DNA of 64,000 nt from an uncultured Acidobacteriota bacterium (GCA_963779415.1 CAVZYA010000001.1:1728001-1792000); one strand, 5' to 3'. Positions 1-10,336 are shown, counted from the first letter of the stretch. The notes: generated from the letters alone by a model not told the origin. Translations and numbers: made by a program.

Positions 1-80
1 GCGAAGCGTTTCACGCCGAGCCGCTGGCTGTTGCTGTCCCGCCCGTTCCGGGAGGAACCCTGACCTTTCTTGTGAGCCAT
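1..80 (-). CDS. rpmA: 50S ribosomal protein L27 (5' part; runs off the window edge)
   Basis: Read manually: ATG at 80 gives [26 protein letters not shown]; lies directly downstream of rplU. Confidence 0.97.
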   Translation of the reverse strand, partial: MAHKKGQGSSRNGRDSNSQRLGVKRF

Positions 81-102
81 GGTGAAGACCTCCGCCGGCG
101 TC

Positions 103-423
103 TCAGGCCGTGATGGACGCGATCCGGATCTCGACGAGGTTCTGCCGGTGTCCGTGCATCCGTTTGAACTGCTTCCGGCGCTTCTTCTTGAAGACGATCA
201 GCCGGGGGCCGCGCATCTCGCGGACGACGACCCCCTTGACGGACGCCCCGGGAACGAGCGGCGTGCCGAGGTGCAGGCCGTCGTCCTTGCCGATGGCGAG
301 GACCTCGGAGAGGACGACTTCGGCCCCCTTCACGAGGGGCTCTTTCGTGAGGCGCTCGACACGGACCACGTCCCCTTCGGCGACGCGGACCTGCTTGCCC
401 CCCGACTGGATCACGGCGTACAT
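103..423 (-). CDS. rplU: 50S ribosomal protein L21
   Basis: [14 protein letters not shown]...[16 protein letters not shown]; GGAGG RBS before ATG 423. Confidence 0.97.
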   Translation of the reverse strand: MYAVIQSGGKQVRVAEGDVVRVERLTKEPLVKGAEVVLSEVLAIGKDDGLHLGTPLVPGASVKGVVVREMRGPRLIVFKKKRRKQFKRMHGHRQNLVEIRIASITA

Positions 424-457
424 GGTTTCGAAACCTCCCCAAAGACAAGGGCCCGAG

Positions 458-486
458 AAGGTACCACCGCGGACCCGAACTGTCAA
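458..486 (-). promoter_or_regulatory. sigma70-type promoter of rplU-rpmA
   Basis: Minus strand TTGACA (486-481), N17, TACCTT (463-458), with an extended -10 TG. Confidence 0.7.
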
Positions 487-498
487 AGTCCGGCCCGC

Positions 499-960
499 TC
501 AGGGCTTTCCGCCCTCGGTCACGTCGTTCGGAAGCTCGTCGACGTCCCTCTCGCCGGAAGGTCTCGGAAAGTGCTTCGCGAGAATGTCTCCGATCCGGTC
601 GACGGCCGACACGATTCCCTCGGCGAAACGCCCTTCCGCGAAGCGGGCTGCGGCCGCGTCTCGCGCCGCGAGCCAGAAGGCGTCCCCCACCTTCTCGTGG
701 ACGGCCACGTCCCCGATGACGGCGAACGACCTCTCGTCCGGCACGATGAAGATGAGGCACCCCGTCCGGTGAACGGTCCGGTTCATCCCGAGCTTCAGAA
801 AGGTCGCTTCCGCCGCTTTCCGGACATCCCCGACACGGCCGTGCTGGAGGTGGACCCGGATCTCGCCGCGCCCCTTCGCCTCGGCCCGCCGGATCGCCTC
901 GACGATCGCGGGGCGGTCGAGATTTTCGAAGAACTCTCTCGCGCCCGATTTCTTCGCCAT
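499..960 (-). CDS. TPM domain protein (small partner in LemA clusters)
   Basis: AIRRAE..GEIRVH, TGCLIFIVPDERSFAVIGD, DELPN; adjacent to TPM and LemA genes. Confidence 0.85.
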   Translation of the reverse strand: MAKKSGAREFFENLDRPAIVEAIRRAEAKGRGEIRVHLQHGRVGDVRKAAEATFLKLGMNRTVHRTGCLIFIVPDERSFAVIGDVAVHEKVGDAFWLAARDAAAARFAEGRFAEGIVSAVDRIGDILAKHFPRPSGERDVDELPNDVTEGGKP

Positions 961-968
961 GGCCCTCC

Positions 969-1718
969 TCACCAGCTTCCGCTCGCGCCGCCGCCGCCAA
1001 ACGAGCCCCCTCCGCCCGAGAATCCGCCCCCTCCCCCGCCCCAGCCGCCACCGCCTCCGAAGCCGCCACCCCCAAAGCCTCCCCCGCCGATGTACCAGTA
1101 CCGGCCGCGGCGGCCTCCCCCGGCCCCGAGGCCACCGAAGACCATCGGGAGGACGAGAAAGAGGACGAGGAGGACGACCCAGAAAGGAATTCCGCTTTCG
1201 CGGCGCGACGAGGTCCGCCGGCTGGTCCCGACGTACTCCCCTTTCGTGGCGGCGATCGCGCCGTCGACGGCGGCCTTGACGCCGCCATCCCAGTCGCCCG
1301 CCCGGAAGTGCGGAATCGCCTCGTCCCGGAGGATCCTCCCCGCGAGGGCATCGGGAAGACTCCCTTCGAGGCCGTAACCGACCTCGAAGCGGGCCGACCT
1401 CGATTCCGGAAAGACAAAGAGGACGAGGCCGTTGTTCCGGACCTTGTCGCCCGCCCGCCACGCCCGGGCCACCGCCACCGTGAACTCTTCGAGCGTCGTC
1501 CCATCGGGGATCCGGCGATCGATGTAGACGAGAAACTGGTTCGAGGTGGCGGCTTCGAACTCCCTCAGGCGGCTCTCGAGCGACGCGCGCACCCCCGGCG
1601 AGAGGACCCCTGCCCGGTCCGTCACGAACTCCTTCGGGACGGGCGGCACGACGGGCGCCGCCGCGATCGAGACGGCGAGGAGCGCGAGCCCGAGGAAGAG
1701 CGACGCCGGGCGCTTCAT
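969..1718 (-). CDS. TPM domain (YgcG-like) membrane protein with Gly-rich tail
   Basis: Signal peptide, VTDRAGVLS, FEVGYGLEGSLPD, TM helix, GGGSFGGGGASGSW end. Confidence 0.9.
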   Translation of the reverse strand: MKRPASLFLGLALLAVSIAAAPVVPPVPKEFVTDRAGVLSPGVRASLESRLREFEAATSNQFLVYIDRRIPDGTTLEEFTVAVARAWRAGDKVRNNGLVLFVFPESRSARFEVGYGLEGSLPDALAGRILRDEAIPHFRAGDWDGGVKAAVDGAIAATKGEYVGTSRRTSSRRESGIPFWVVLLVLFLVLPMVFGGLGAGGGRRGRYWYIGGGGFGGGGFGGGGGWGGGGGGFSGGGGSFGGGGASGSW

Positions 1719-1770
1719 GCGGGAGACCTCGCTTCCCGGGAGGCGCCTTCGCACCCCCCGAGAGGACGGT

Positions 1771-2370
1771 TCAGAACTTGACGGCCGGCGGCGTCGCCGC
1801 GCCTTCGACGGCTTTGAAGTACGGCCGCTCCTTGAAGCCGGCGAAGTTCGCGACGATGACCGTGGGGAACGAGCGCCGGAGCGTGTTGTAGGCGAGCGCC
1901 GCGTTGTTGAAGTCGAGCCGCGCCACGGCAATCCGGTTCTCCGTCCCCTCGAGCTGGACCTGAAGGTCGCGGAATCCCTGGACCGCCTTCAGCTCGGGAT
2001 ACTTCTCCACCGCGACGAGGAGCCGCGAGAGGGCGCCCCCCAGCTGGTCCTGCGCCTTCTGGAACTGCTCGAACGCGGCAGGGTCCTTGATGCTGTTCGC
2101 ATCGATCTTCACCTGCGTCGCGGAGGCGCGGGCCTGGATCACGGCTTCGAGAGTCCCCTTCTCGAAGTTCGCGGCCCCCTTCACGGTCTCCACGACGTTC
2201 GGGATCAGGTCCATCCGGCGCTGGTACTGGTTCTCCACCTGCGCCCAGGCGGCCGTGAGCTTCTGGTCCGCCGCGTTGAGGCGGTTGTAGGTGCCGGCGG
2301 CCCAGCCGCCGAGGACGAGGACGCCCACGAGGACGAGGACGAGGCATCCGAGGACGAGGCCTTTACCCAT
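1771..2370 (-). CDS. lemA: LemA family protein
   Basis: N-terminal TM, WAQVENQYQRRMDLIPN, YPELKA, LEGTENRIAVAR. Confidence 0.95.
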   Translation of the reverse strand: MGKGLVLGCLVLVLVGVLVLGGWAAGTYNRLNAADQKLTAAWAQVENQYQRRMDLIPNVVETVKGAANFEKGTLEAVIQARASATQVKIDANSIKDPAAFEQFQKAQDQLGGALSRLLVAVEKYPELKAVQGFRDLQVQLEGTENRIAVARLDFNNAALAYNTLRRSFPTVIVANFAGFKERPYFKAVEGAATPPAVKF

Positions 2371-2439
2371 GACGGTCGATCTCCTCCCTTTCGGGGCGGG
2401 AATGCTATCAGGCCGGGGTGAACGTCGACCGGGCGCCCC

Positions 2440-2931
2440 TCAGACCATCTCCTCGAGGAGGCGAGGGGAGAGAAGCCACTTCAGCTCCGCCCGGGCGATC
2501 GACGGATCGCCGTCGACCTCGAACTCGGCGAGCCCCGCCTTCTTCATCGGGATCTCGGTGTCCCGCCGTCCCGTGGCGAGCCGGCCGAGGAGCCTCCCCA
2601 CGTGCGGCTGGTGGCCGACGAGGAGGACGCTCCCCGCCCCGAGCCTTCCGAGCTCCACGAGAAGCTCCTCGGGATCGGCGTTCGGCAGGAGGCTTTTCGT
2701 CTCGAGGAGGGTCTTGCGAAAGCCGCACGCCGCGGCGACGGGTTCTGCCGTCTGCCGCGACCGGACGAGGGGCGAAACGAGGACGGCATCATAGGCGGGG
2801 TCCAGCTTCGCGATCGCCTTCGCGACGAGCCGCATTCTCTTTTTCCCCGTGTCCGTGAGCCGCCGGTCCGCGTCCCGTCCGGAAGGCGAGGCCTCCTCGG
2901 CTTCGGCGTGGCGGAGGAGATGGATCTTCAC
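2440..2931 (-). CDS. sixA: Phosphohistidine phosphatase SixA
   Basis: LLRHAEA, RRLTDTG, SPLVRSRQTA, LLVGHQP; GTG start at 2931 inferred. Confidence 0.9.
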   Translation of the reverse strand: MKIHLLRHAEAEEASPSGRDADRRLTDTGKKRMRLVAKAIAKLDPAYDAVLVSPLVRSRQTAEPVAAACGFRKTLLETKSLLPNADPEELLVELGRLGAGSVLLVGHQPHVGRLLGRLATGRRDTEIPMKKAGLAEFEVDGDPSIARAELKWLLSPRLLEEMV

Positions 2932-2935
2932 GCCG

Positions 2936-3529
2936 TCACTCCGTTCCGAGATCGCGGGCCAGCTCTCCACGCGTCTCGAGGGAAAGGGGCGTGGACGCCC
3001 GGTAGTTCGGATGCTCCGCGCGGATCGCCGCGGGGACGCCGGAATCGAGGAGAGCGACGCGGGTTGCCGCGTCGTCCCCGAGGGGAAAGCGGAGGTACTG
3101 CACGGCCGCGATCCGGTCCTCCCGGCTCTGGCCGCCGAGGAAACGGGCCGGCACCCGGCGATCCCCCAGCTCGAAAAGGAGGTGGCGCCCTGTCGTCAGG
3201 CCGAGGAGGCCGTCCAGCTGCGACTGGATCTGCCGCTCCTCGGTGATCTCGATGAGGAGCGTCGCCGCCACCTCTCCCGGATCGGGGAGGAGCTCGTTGT
3301 AGGTGTCGATCTCGTGCTGGACGGCTTCGGGCCTCACGATCTTCTCGGCGCGGCACATCTCCTGGATCTGCCCCAGCACCGTCAGGCGGTTCTCGAAGAC
3401 GAGCGACATGATCGGTCCGAGGAGGACACGCCGCCGCATCTTCTCCGCGATGATGCTCTTCCGCCACTCCTCGCGGATCAGCTCGTAATCCTGCAGGTTC
3501 TTGACGTCGGAGAGCTGGATCTTCTTCAT
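2936..3529 (-). CDS. DUF3501 family protein
   Basis: FENRLTVLGQIQEM, EIDTYNELLP, ATLLIEI; typical partner of aerobic-type rubrerythrin. Confidence 0.85.
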   Translation of the reverse strand: MKKIQLSDVKNLQDYELIREEWRKSIIAEKMRRRVLLGPIMSLVFENRLTVLGQIQEMCRAEKIVRPEAVQHEIDTYNELLPDPGEVAATLLIEITEERQIQSQLDGLLGLTTGRHLLFELGDRRVPARFLGGQSREDRIAAVQYLRFPLGDDAATRVALLDSGVPAAIRAEHPNYRASTPLSLETRGELARDLGTE

Positions 3530-4792
3530 TCGGGAATCCCATAGGCGTTCCGGAGCACCTCCGCCGGGTGAAGGACCGGGACTTTCATCCCCTGGCGGAT
3601 CTGGACGCCGGCGAGCGGGCAGTCGGAGGCCACGACCTCGGCCCCGGCGGCGGCGAGGCCGTCGAAGAGCTTCTGCCCGACCTTCATCGACTCGTCGAAG
3701 TACTCGGCCTTCATCGCCCAGGTCCCGTCGTGTCCCGAGCACTTCTCGACCATCGTCACCGTCGCTCCCGTCAGGGCGAGAAGGTCACGAGACTTGAACC
3801 CGATGTTCTGCACCTTCAGATGGCAGGGAAGGTGGTAGGCGATCGACTTCGGAGCCCGGGGAAAGTCGAGGACGAGCCGCTGCTTCCCTTTCAGCTCCAT
3901 CAGGAACTCGAAGAGGTCCCGCGTCGCCTTTCCGACGCGTTCCACGTCCTCTCCCCCTCCGAGCCAGGGGTACTCCTTCTTGATCATGAGCGAACAGGAG
4001 GGGCCCGGCGTCACGACCGTGTACCCCTTTTCCACCCAGGGGAGGAGCGCGCGGACCACGTCCGTCCGCGCCTCGACCGCCGCCGGAACGTCGCCGACGT
4101 CGAAGAAGGGCATTCCGCAGCAGCGCGGATACTCGACGACGACCTCGACGCCGGAGTGTTCGAGGACCTGGACTGCCGCCTTTCCGATCTCCGGCCGGTT
4201 CCATTCGACGGAACAGGTCGGATAGAAGACGACCTTCGCCGAAGGCTCCGCCGTCCGCGCCGGTTTCGGCCGCTTCCGGAACCATGCCGTGAACGTCTCG
4301 CCGGCGAAGCGCGGCAGCTCCTTTCGCGCGGAGATGCCGGCCGTCTTCTCCATCGCCCACCGGACGACGGGGAGCCCGTTCACGAAGTTCGCGAGCGGGC
4401 GCGACCGGCGAGGCGAGGCGCCCGAGCCGGTCGGGGTTCGATAGCATCCGCTCGCGAAGGGGAAGGCCCACGGCCTCGCGCCGCACCCGCCGCGCGTCGA
4501 GGACGAGGTGAGGGATATCGACGTGCCAACGGTGCGGCGGGATGTACGGGCAGTGCGGAATGCAGAGCTTGCACTCGTAGCAGAGGTCCACGAAGTCGTC
4601 GAAGACCTTGCTTGGAAGCTTCTCGACGTCGCCGTCCACCTCCGTGGCGTCGAGCCCCTTGAACAGGACGTCGAAAGATGGACAGAGCGAAAAGCAGCGC
4701 CGACAGCCGTGACAGATGTCGGCGATGCGGGAAAGCTCGGCGGTGAGGGACTTTCCGTCGGTGACCTTGATCGGCTGGCCGACAGCTCCCAT
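3526..4792 (-). CDS. Rubrerythrin-associated Fe-S oxidoreductase (GlpC/HdrD-like, CCG domains); one frameshift near 4397
   Basis: [11 protein letters not shown] and [12 protein letters not shown] in ORF 3785-4792; CCGMP, PSCSLM, CSGHDG, SDCP in ORF 3526-4383; removing one base of GGG 4397-4399 joins them. Confidence 0.88.
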
Positions 4793-4820
4793 GGCGGTGT
4801 CCTTTCTTCGGACGGAGCGA

Positions 4821-4863
4821 GCGGGGGGCGCCGAGGGGCGCGGCGCGCCCCTCCGCCCCCCGC
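4821..4863. terminator. Strong GC hairpin between the rubrerythrin and Fe-S oxidoreductase genes
   Basis: gcggggggcg..gaggggcgcg-g-cgcgcccctc-cgccccccgc; about 20-bp stem, no U-tract. Confidence 0.5.
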
Positions 4864-4869
4864 GACCCC

Positions 4870-5292
4870 TCAGGCGGGCAAGGTGGAGAGGAGCTTCGAG
4901 AATCGGTTCGCGTGCGACTTCTCCGCGCGCGCGAGAGTCTCGAACCAGTCCGCGATCTCCGCGAAGCCCTCCTCGCGGGCGATCTTCGCGAAGCCCGGAT
5001 ACATCTGCGTGTACTCGTACGTCTCGCCTTCGATCGCCGACTTGAGGTTCAACTCCGTCGAGCCGAACGGAAGGCCGGTGGCCGGGTCGCCGGCGGCCTT
5101 GAGGTAGTCCATGTGGCCGTGGGCATGGCCGGTCTCTCCTTCCGCCGTGTCGCGGAAGTTCCCGGCGATCTCGGGATGCCCCTCGACGTCGGCCTTGTCG
5201 GCGAAGTAGAGATAGCGGCGGTTCGCCTGACTCTCTCCTGCGAAAGCATGCTTGAGGTTCTCGTGGGTCTTGGTGCTCTTCAGTTCTTTCAT
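4870..5292 (-). CDS. rbr: Rubrerythrin (short, no rubredoxin domain)
   Basis: [40 protein letters not shown] diiron motifs. Confidence 0.93.
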   Translation of the reverse strand: MKELKSTKTHENLKHAFAGESQANRRYLYFADKADVEGHPEIAGNFRDTAEGETGHAHGHMDYLKAAGDPATGLPFGSTELNLKSAIEGETYEYTQMYPGFAKIAREEGFAEIADWFETLARAEKSHANRFSKLLSTLPA

Positions 5293-5324
5293 AGCGGATC
5301 CCCCTTTCGATGGTGGCCTGCCAA

Positions 5325-5385
5325 TTTAGACTCGGTATAAGAAAGAATCAAGGGGCTCTCGACTTCTCTTTAGATTAAGTCTAAA
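5325..5385. promoter_or_regulatory. Two Fur-family (PerR/Irr-like) operator candidates in the divergent promoter
   Basis: TTTAGA-ttaag-TCTAAA palindrome at 5369-5385 and TTTAGA-ctcgg-TATAAG at 5325-5341, within an AT-rich gap. Confidence 0.55.
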
Positions 5386-5449
5386 CTAATCGTAACCGGG
5401 AGGAACTTTATCTCCTGCTCCCGGAATCCGAAATGAGGAGTCTGAACCC

Positions 5450-6037
5450 ATGAGTCCGATCGTAGGCCAACGGGCCCCCGAATTCGCCCTCGAAGGCGTC
5501 CTGAACGGCAACTTCTCCACTTACCGCCTGACCGACTTCCGCGGAAAGTGGCTGGTCCTCTTCTTCTATCCGCTCGACTTCACCTTCGTCTGTCCGACGG
5601 AGATTCTCGCCTTCTCCGACCGGCTCGGAGAGTTCCAAAAGCTCGGCGCCGAGGTGCTGGGCGCGTCCGTCGACTCGAAGTACAGCCATCTGGCCTGGAC
5701 GGAGAGGCCCCGCGAGGAAGGGGGGATCAAGGGCCTCGCCTATCCGCTTCTCGAGGATCTCGGAAAGGAGCTCTCCCGCGGGTACGGCGTCCTCTCCCCG
5801 GACGGGCTCGTCGCCCTGCGGGGCCTCTTCCTGATCGATCCCGAAGGAGTCGTCCAGCACGCCACGATCAACAATCTCGGGGTCGGGCGCTCCGTGGACG
5901 AGACGCTGCGCGTCCTCCAGGCCTTCCAGTTCGTGCGCGAGCACGGAGAGGTCTGCCCGGCCGACTGGAAGCCCGGGACGAAGACGATGAAGGCCGACTG
6001 GAAGGGCTCGAAGGAGTATTTCGCCAAGGCGAAGTAA
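5450..6037 (+). CDS. Typical 2-Cys peroxiredoxin (AhpC/Prx1)
   Basis: [14 protein letters not shown] and GEVCPADW motifs. Confidence 0.96.
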   Translation: MSPIVGQRAPEFALEGVLNGNFSTYRLTDFRGKWLVLFFYPLDFTFVCPTEILAFSDRLGEFQKLGAEVLGASVDSKYSHLAWTERPREEGGIKGLAYPLLEDLGKELSRGYGVLSPDGLVALRGLFLIDPEGVVQHATINNLGVGRSVDETLRVLQAFQFVREHGEVCPADWKPGTKTMKADWKGSKEYFAKAK

Positions 6038-6047
6038 AGTCCGCCCC

Positions 6048-7010
6048 ATGACCGCGAAGAGCCACTACCGGGTCGTCATCGTCGGCTCGGGCCCGGCGGG
6101 CCTGACGGCCGCCATCTACGCCTCCCGCGCCGGACTGGACCCCCTCGTCGTCGAAGGGGCCCAGCCCGGCGGCCAGCTCACGACCACGACCGAGGTCGAG
6201 AACTTCCCGGGCTTCGAGCACGGGATCCAGGGCCCGGAGCTCATGGACGTCACGCGCAAGCAGGCCGAGCGCTTCGGCGCGGAGATCGTAGTCGACTCGC
6301 TGACGGGCGCCGACATCGACGTTCACCCCTTCGTCCTGACTCTCGAAGGCGCCGGCCGCGTCACCGCGGACGCCCTGATCGTCGCCTCGGGCGCCTCGGC
6401 AAAGTACCTCGGCCTCCCGGCGGAAAAGAGGCTCCTCGGCTACGGAGTCTCGGCCTGCGCCACCTGCGACGGCTTCTTCTTCAAGGGGAAGGAGGTCGTC
6501 GTCGTGGGCGGCGGCGACACCGCCGTGGAAGAGGCCTCGTTCCTGACGAAGTTCGCGACGAAGGTTCACCTCGTCCACCGCCGCGAGGAGCTGCGCGCCT
6601 CGAAGATCATGCAGCAGCGGCTCCTCGCGAACCCGAAGGTGGAGCTCCACTGGAACACCGTCGTGGAGGACATCCTCGGCGAGCCGGGGGGCGGACGCGC
6701 CGCGAGCGGCGTCGTCGGCGTCGTCCTCAGGAACGCGAAGACGGACGAGCGCCGTACCCTTCCCGTCTCGGGCTATTTCGCGGCCATCGGACATCAGCCG
6801 AACACGGATGTCTTCCGCGGAAAGCTCGAGATGAACGAGACGGGATACCTCCTCGTCCGGCACCCCTCCACGCGGACTTCCGTCGAGGGGGTCTTCGCGG
6901 CCGGCGACGTGGCCGACCCGACGTACCGGCAGGCCGTCTCGGCCGCGGGCGAAGGCTGCAAGGCCGCGATCGACGCCGAGAGATGGCTGGAGGCCCGGGG
7001 GATCCACTGA
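6048..7010 (+). CDS. trxB: Thioredoxin-disulfide reductase
   Basis: GSGPAG, CATCDG, GGGDTA, HRR, FAAGDV. Confidence 0.97.
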   Translation: MTAKSHYRVVIVGSGPAGLTAAIYASRAGLDPLVVEGAQPGGQLTTTTEVENFPGFEHGIQGPELMDVTRKQAERFGAEIVVDSLTGADIDVHPFVLTLEGAGRVTADALIVASGASAKYLGLPAEKRLLGYGVSACATCDGFFFKGKEVVVVGGGDTAVEEASFLTKFATKVHLVHRREELRASKIMQQRLLANPKVELHWNTVVEDILGEPGGGRAASGVVGVVLRNAKTDERRTLPVSGYFAAIGHQPNTDVFRGKLEMNETGYLLVRHPSTRTSVEGVFAAGDVADPTYRQAVSAAGEGCKAAIDAERWLEARGIH

Positions 7011-7019
7011 CGCCGGGCG

Positions 7020-8168
7020 TCAGGACGGGCTCTTGGCCGTCTCCAGAAAGCTCTCCAGCGCGGCCAGCCACTCGAGCCTCGTGTCGCGGAACCGTCTCTC
7101 GTACTCGCGAACCTTCTGCTTCACGGCGTGGCGGACATCCGACGGAGGGTCTTGGCCGCGCGCTTTCGCCGCCCTCAGCTCTAGGTGCCGTGCGTACGCA
7201 TCCTTCCAGAGCCGAAGAGCCTCGTCGACCCGGGCGCGGCCCCGCTCCAGGCGCACCCGGAACTCGTCGACGACCTCCGTCGGGGTCCGTGCGAGCCGCT
7301 CTTCGGCCCGCGCCGCGAGGACGGCGAGCTTCGCGTTCTCGATGACGGGGGGCGGGGTCACGCGCAGGTTGCGGGCGAGGCCGGAGATCCGGAATGCCTG
7401 GATGCACCACTTGTTCGGATCCCACTGATACCAGCGGACGCCGTTCCGGAAGTCGGACGGAAAACGGTGATGGAAGTTGTGATACCCCTCACCGTGCGTG
7501 AAGAACGCGAGGAGCCAGTTGTCGCGCGCGGAATTCTCCGTCGAGTAGGGGCGGGACCCGTAGAGGTGCGCGACCGAATTCACCAGAAATGTCGTGTGGT
7601 GTACGAGGACGACCCTCAGGAAACCGCCCCAGAGGAGCCCGCCGAGCGGGCGGCCGAAGAGCGCGCCGACCAGGGTCGGGAGGCCGAGCCCCAGCCCGAC
7701 GCCGATCAGCCGGTACCAGCGGTGCTGCCACATGACGCGCGGATTCGAGAGAAGGTCGGGCACGTTCTCGAAGGTGCTCCCGGGGGGATCCTCGTAGAAG
7801 ACCCAGAGGACATGTGCCCAGAGCGCGCCCCGTCCGATGTTGTAGGGATCCCGGTCCGTGTCGACGAAGCGGTGGTGGTTCCGGTGGTCCCGTGCCCACC
7901 GCAGAGCCGAGTTCTGAAGCGCGAACGCCCCGAAGAAGAGGAGGGCCGCCTCGACCGCCGGGTCGCACTCGTAGGTTCGGTGGGAAAAGCAGCGGTGGTA
8001 GCCCGCCCCGACGGCGATCCCGACGGTCGCGAACAGGGAGAGGCAGAGGAGGGGCTCCCACCACGCCACGCCGAACCGCGACGCGTAGAGCGCCGTCCCC
8101 GCGATTCCCGCGGCCGGGGAGAGGATCAGAAAGAGAATATTCGTCCAATCGAGCTTCCGGTCCTGCAT
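7020..8168 (-). CDS. Delta-9 acyl-CoA/acyl-lipid fatty acid desaturase
   Basis: His boxes HRCFSH, HRNHH, HNFHH; WYQWDPNKW; helical C-terminal extension. Confidence 0.93.
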   Translation of the reverse strand: MQDRKLDWTNILFLILSPAAGIAGTALYASRFGVAWWEPLLCLSLFATVGIAVGAGYHRCFSHRTYECDPAVEAALLFFGAFALQNSALRWARDHRNHHRFVDTDRDPYNIGRGALWAHVLWVFYEDPPGSTFENVPDLLSNPRVMWQHRWYRLIGVGLGLGLPTLVGALFGRPLGGLLWGGFLRVVLVHHTTFLVNSVAHLYGSRPYSTENSARDNWLLAFFTHGEGYHNFHHRFPSDFRNGVRWYQWDPNKWCIQAFRISGLARNLRVTPPPVIENAKLAVLAARAEERLARTPTEVVDEFRVRLERGRARVDEALRLWKDAYARHLELRAAKARGQDPPSDVRHAVKQKVREYERRFRDTRLEWLAALESFLETAKSPS

Positions 8169-8213
8169 TAACGCAGTCTATACCCCGGAAGCCGTACCGG
8201 AAGCCCGAGCCCC

Positions 8214-8240
8214 GCGTCCGCGAGCCGCCAGGTCCCGTCC
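8214..8240. repeat. 27-bp direct repeat, left copy (displaced, degenerate 3' piece of the BamA-like gene)
   Basis: gcgtccgcgagccgccaggtcccgtcc identical to 11447-11473; minus translation GPLDGTWRLADAGLGL versus GPPDGTWRLADAGVGL. Confidence 0.85.
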
Positions 8241-8260
8241 AGGGGGCCTCCCCTTCCGCC

Positions 8261-8368
8261 TCAGTACCAGGCGTCCGGGCTCATCGAAAGCCAGCTCCCG
8301 TCCGACGTGACCGCGTCGTTCAGGACGCCATAGGTGAGGAACGTGTAGTCGCCGGAGATGCGCGTCAT
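8261..8368 (-). pseudogene. C-terminal remnant of a secreted protein
   Basis: Manual translation TRISGDYTFLTYGVLNDAVTSDGSWLSMSPDAWY*, resembling the neighbour's ending YVSVVDNVSGDTSWLPVS. Confidence 0.55.
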
Positions 8369-8394
8369 ACCAAGGGTCCGTCATACCAAGGGTC
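8363..8394. repeat. Perfect 16-bp tandem duplication abutting an AAGGGTCAG motif
   Basis: cgtcataccaagggtc at 8363-8378 and 8379-8394. Confidence 0.9.
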
Positions 8395-8448
8395 AGAACC
8401 CACGTCCTCTCTCGCCGGCCGTCGGGGCGCGTGGTTGGCCCTGGGTCC

Positions 8449-10157
8449 TCAGGGCCCGAACTCGTCGTCTGAAACCGGCAGCCACGACGTGTCGCCCGAG
8501 ACGTTGTCGACAACGCTGACGTAGGGGAAGACGGGCGCGCTGGCGGTCACGACGAGGTAGGCGTTGGACGTAACCACGGAACCCGCGCCGACCAGCTCGA
8601 AGATGTTCGGCGCGAGCTGGAGGGCTTCCTGCGGGCCCCATGTTCTCGTGAACTCTCCGAGAAGCGTCCCGTCTCCGCCCCAAAGAGCGAATGTGATGTC
8701 CACCGGGATCTCTTGCGGGTTGTACGCGCCGGCGTTCGAGCGCGAGCCGGCGTTGAGGCTTCCGCCCCACGCGAGGCCGAGGAAGAGCGCCCGCGTCCGG
8801 GCGTCCATCGCCGTCTGAGCCGGGATCATCGACCCGTACGCCGGGGTCGGAGGCAGAGGCGTCGAGACCTTCGAGGATGCGCTGACCGGACCCGTGGAAG
8901 TCGGCCATGAGATCTCAATGGCGCCCGAGGTCCCCGGAGCCATGAACGTCTGTCCGATGACGTCAGTCAGCATCAGCTCCTGCCGTGCCGGAATGCTCCA
9001 ACCCGACCCTCCAGTGCCGCACGCGCCGCCGCCTGTACAGCGATAGACGAGCGTCACCGATGCGGGGGCCGTGTAGGACCGGTTCATCAGCCAGAGGTCG
9101 GTGTGGAAGAGGGTCCCGTTGATGCCTGCCTTCGACGCGGCGGTCGGGATCGTCAACGTGACCGTCCCCGAGGCCGACCCGGAGAGGTCGAGCCGGCCGA
9201 TCTTGTTGCCGATCCACTCCGTGAACCAGATAGCGCCGTCGGGGCCGGAGCTGATGCCGTGCGGCTGGGCGCTCCGACGTCGGGACAGGGAACACGGTGA
9301 TGGTGCCGTCGGTGAAGATCCGGCCGATCGCTTCGCTCGTTGAGCTCGGTGAACCAGAGGGCGCCGTCGGGGCCGAGGCAGATGCCGGAGGGGGTGCCAT
9401 TCGCCGTGAACTCGGTGATGGTGCCGCCGGTGGTGATCCGGCCGATCCCGCCGTTGGACTCCGTGAACCAGAGAGCGCCATCGGGGCCGAGGCAGATGCC
9501 GTAAGGGGCGCTGCCCGCCGTCGGGACCGGGTACTCCGTAATCATGCCCGCAGTCGTGATCCGGCCGATCTTGTTCCCCTTGAGCTCTGTGAACCAGAGG
9601 TTTCCGTCGGGGCCGGAGGCAATCGCATTGGCCTCGCTGCCCGCCGTCGGGATCGGGAACTCGGTGATGACGCCGACAGGTGTGATCCGGCCAATCCTGT
9701 TGCCGTCGGGGCCACTCTCCGTGAACCAGAGGTTGCCGTCGGGGCCGGAGGTAATCCCTTCCGGCGAGCTGTATGCCTGCGGGATCGGGAACTCGGTAAT
9801 GACGCCGGCAGGTGTGATCCGGCCGATCTTGTTGCCGATCAACTCCGTGAACCAGAGAGCGCCGTCGGGGCCGGAGCTGATGCCTTCGGGCTGGGCGCTT
9901 GGCGTCGGGACAGGGAACTCGGTGATGGTGCCGCCGATGGTGATCCGCCCGATCTTGTGGCCGGCGGCCTCGGTGAACCAGAGAGCGCCGTCGGGGCCGC
10001 GGCAGATGCTGATGGGGTAACTGCTCGGCGTCGGGAGCGAGAACTCAGTGATTACGGGCTGCCCGTAGCTCGCTGTCGGCCAGCCGAGGACGAAGCAGAG
10101 GACAAGCGTCACCGGGAAGCCGAACCAGCTACTGGGCTCTATCGGGATGTGTGACAT
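8449..10157 (-). CDS. Secreted Vgb (virginiamycin B lyase)-like beta-propeller plus C-terminal beta-rich domain; two apparent +1 frameshifts near 9275 and 9337
   Basis: Signal peptide; seven GPDGxxWFTE..IGRI repeats spread over ORFs 9153-10676, 8963-9481 and 8449-9156; TIPTAASKAGINGTLFHTDLW domain. Confidence 0.8.
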
Positions 10158-10336
10158 CGACTTTCTCCTGTTCGTGACGGGCAGACACTCATGCCCACGC
10201 CCTTCCTCGTAGTCCCAAGGATGAGGATCCCTCCGTAGTGTCGTGATGAGCCCGCCGACCAACGCTTCGGTCGAGCTGAGGTACCGGCGAAGCGACACTC
10301 TTGTCCAAGATCGGGCGTAAAACATTCGCGGAGTGA

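Noticed and set aside
9200-10060. About 125-bp periodic repeats resembling an array
   Set aside because: They encode the GPDGxLWFTE propeller blades
9153-10157. Streptogramin resistance gene vgb
   Set aside because: A signal peptide and extra C-terminal domain point to a secreted Vgb-like fold; resistance cannot be claimed
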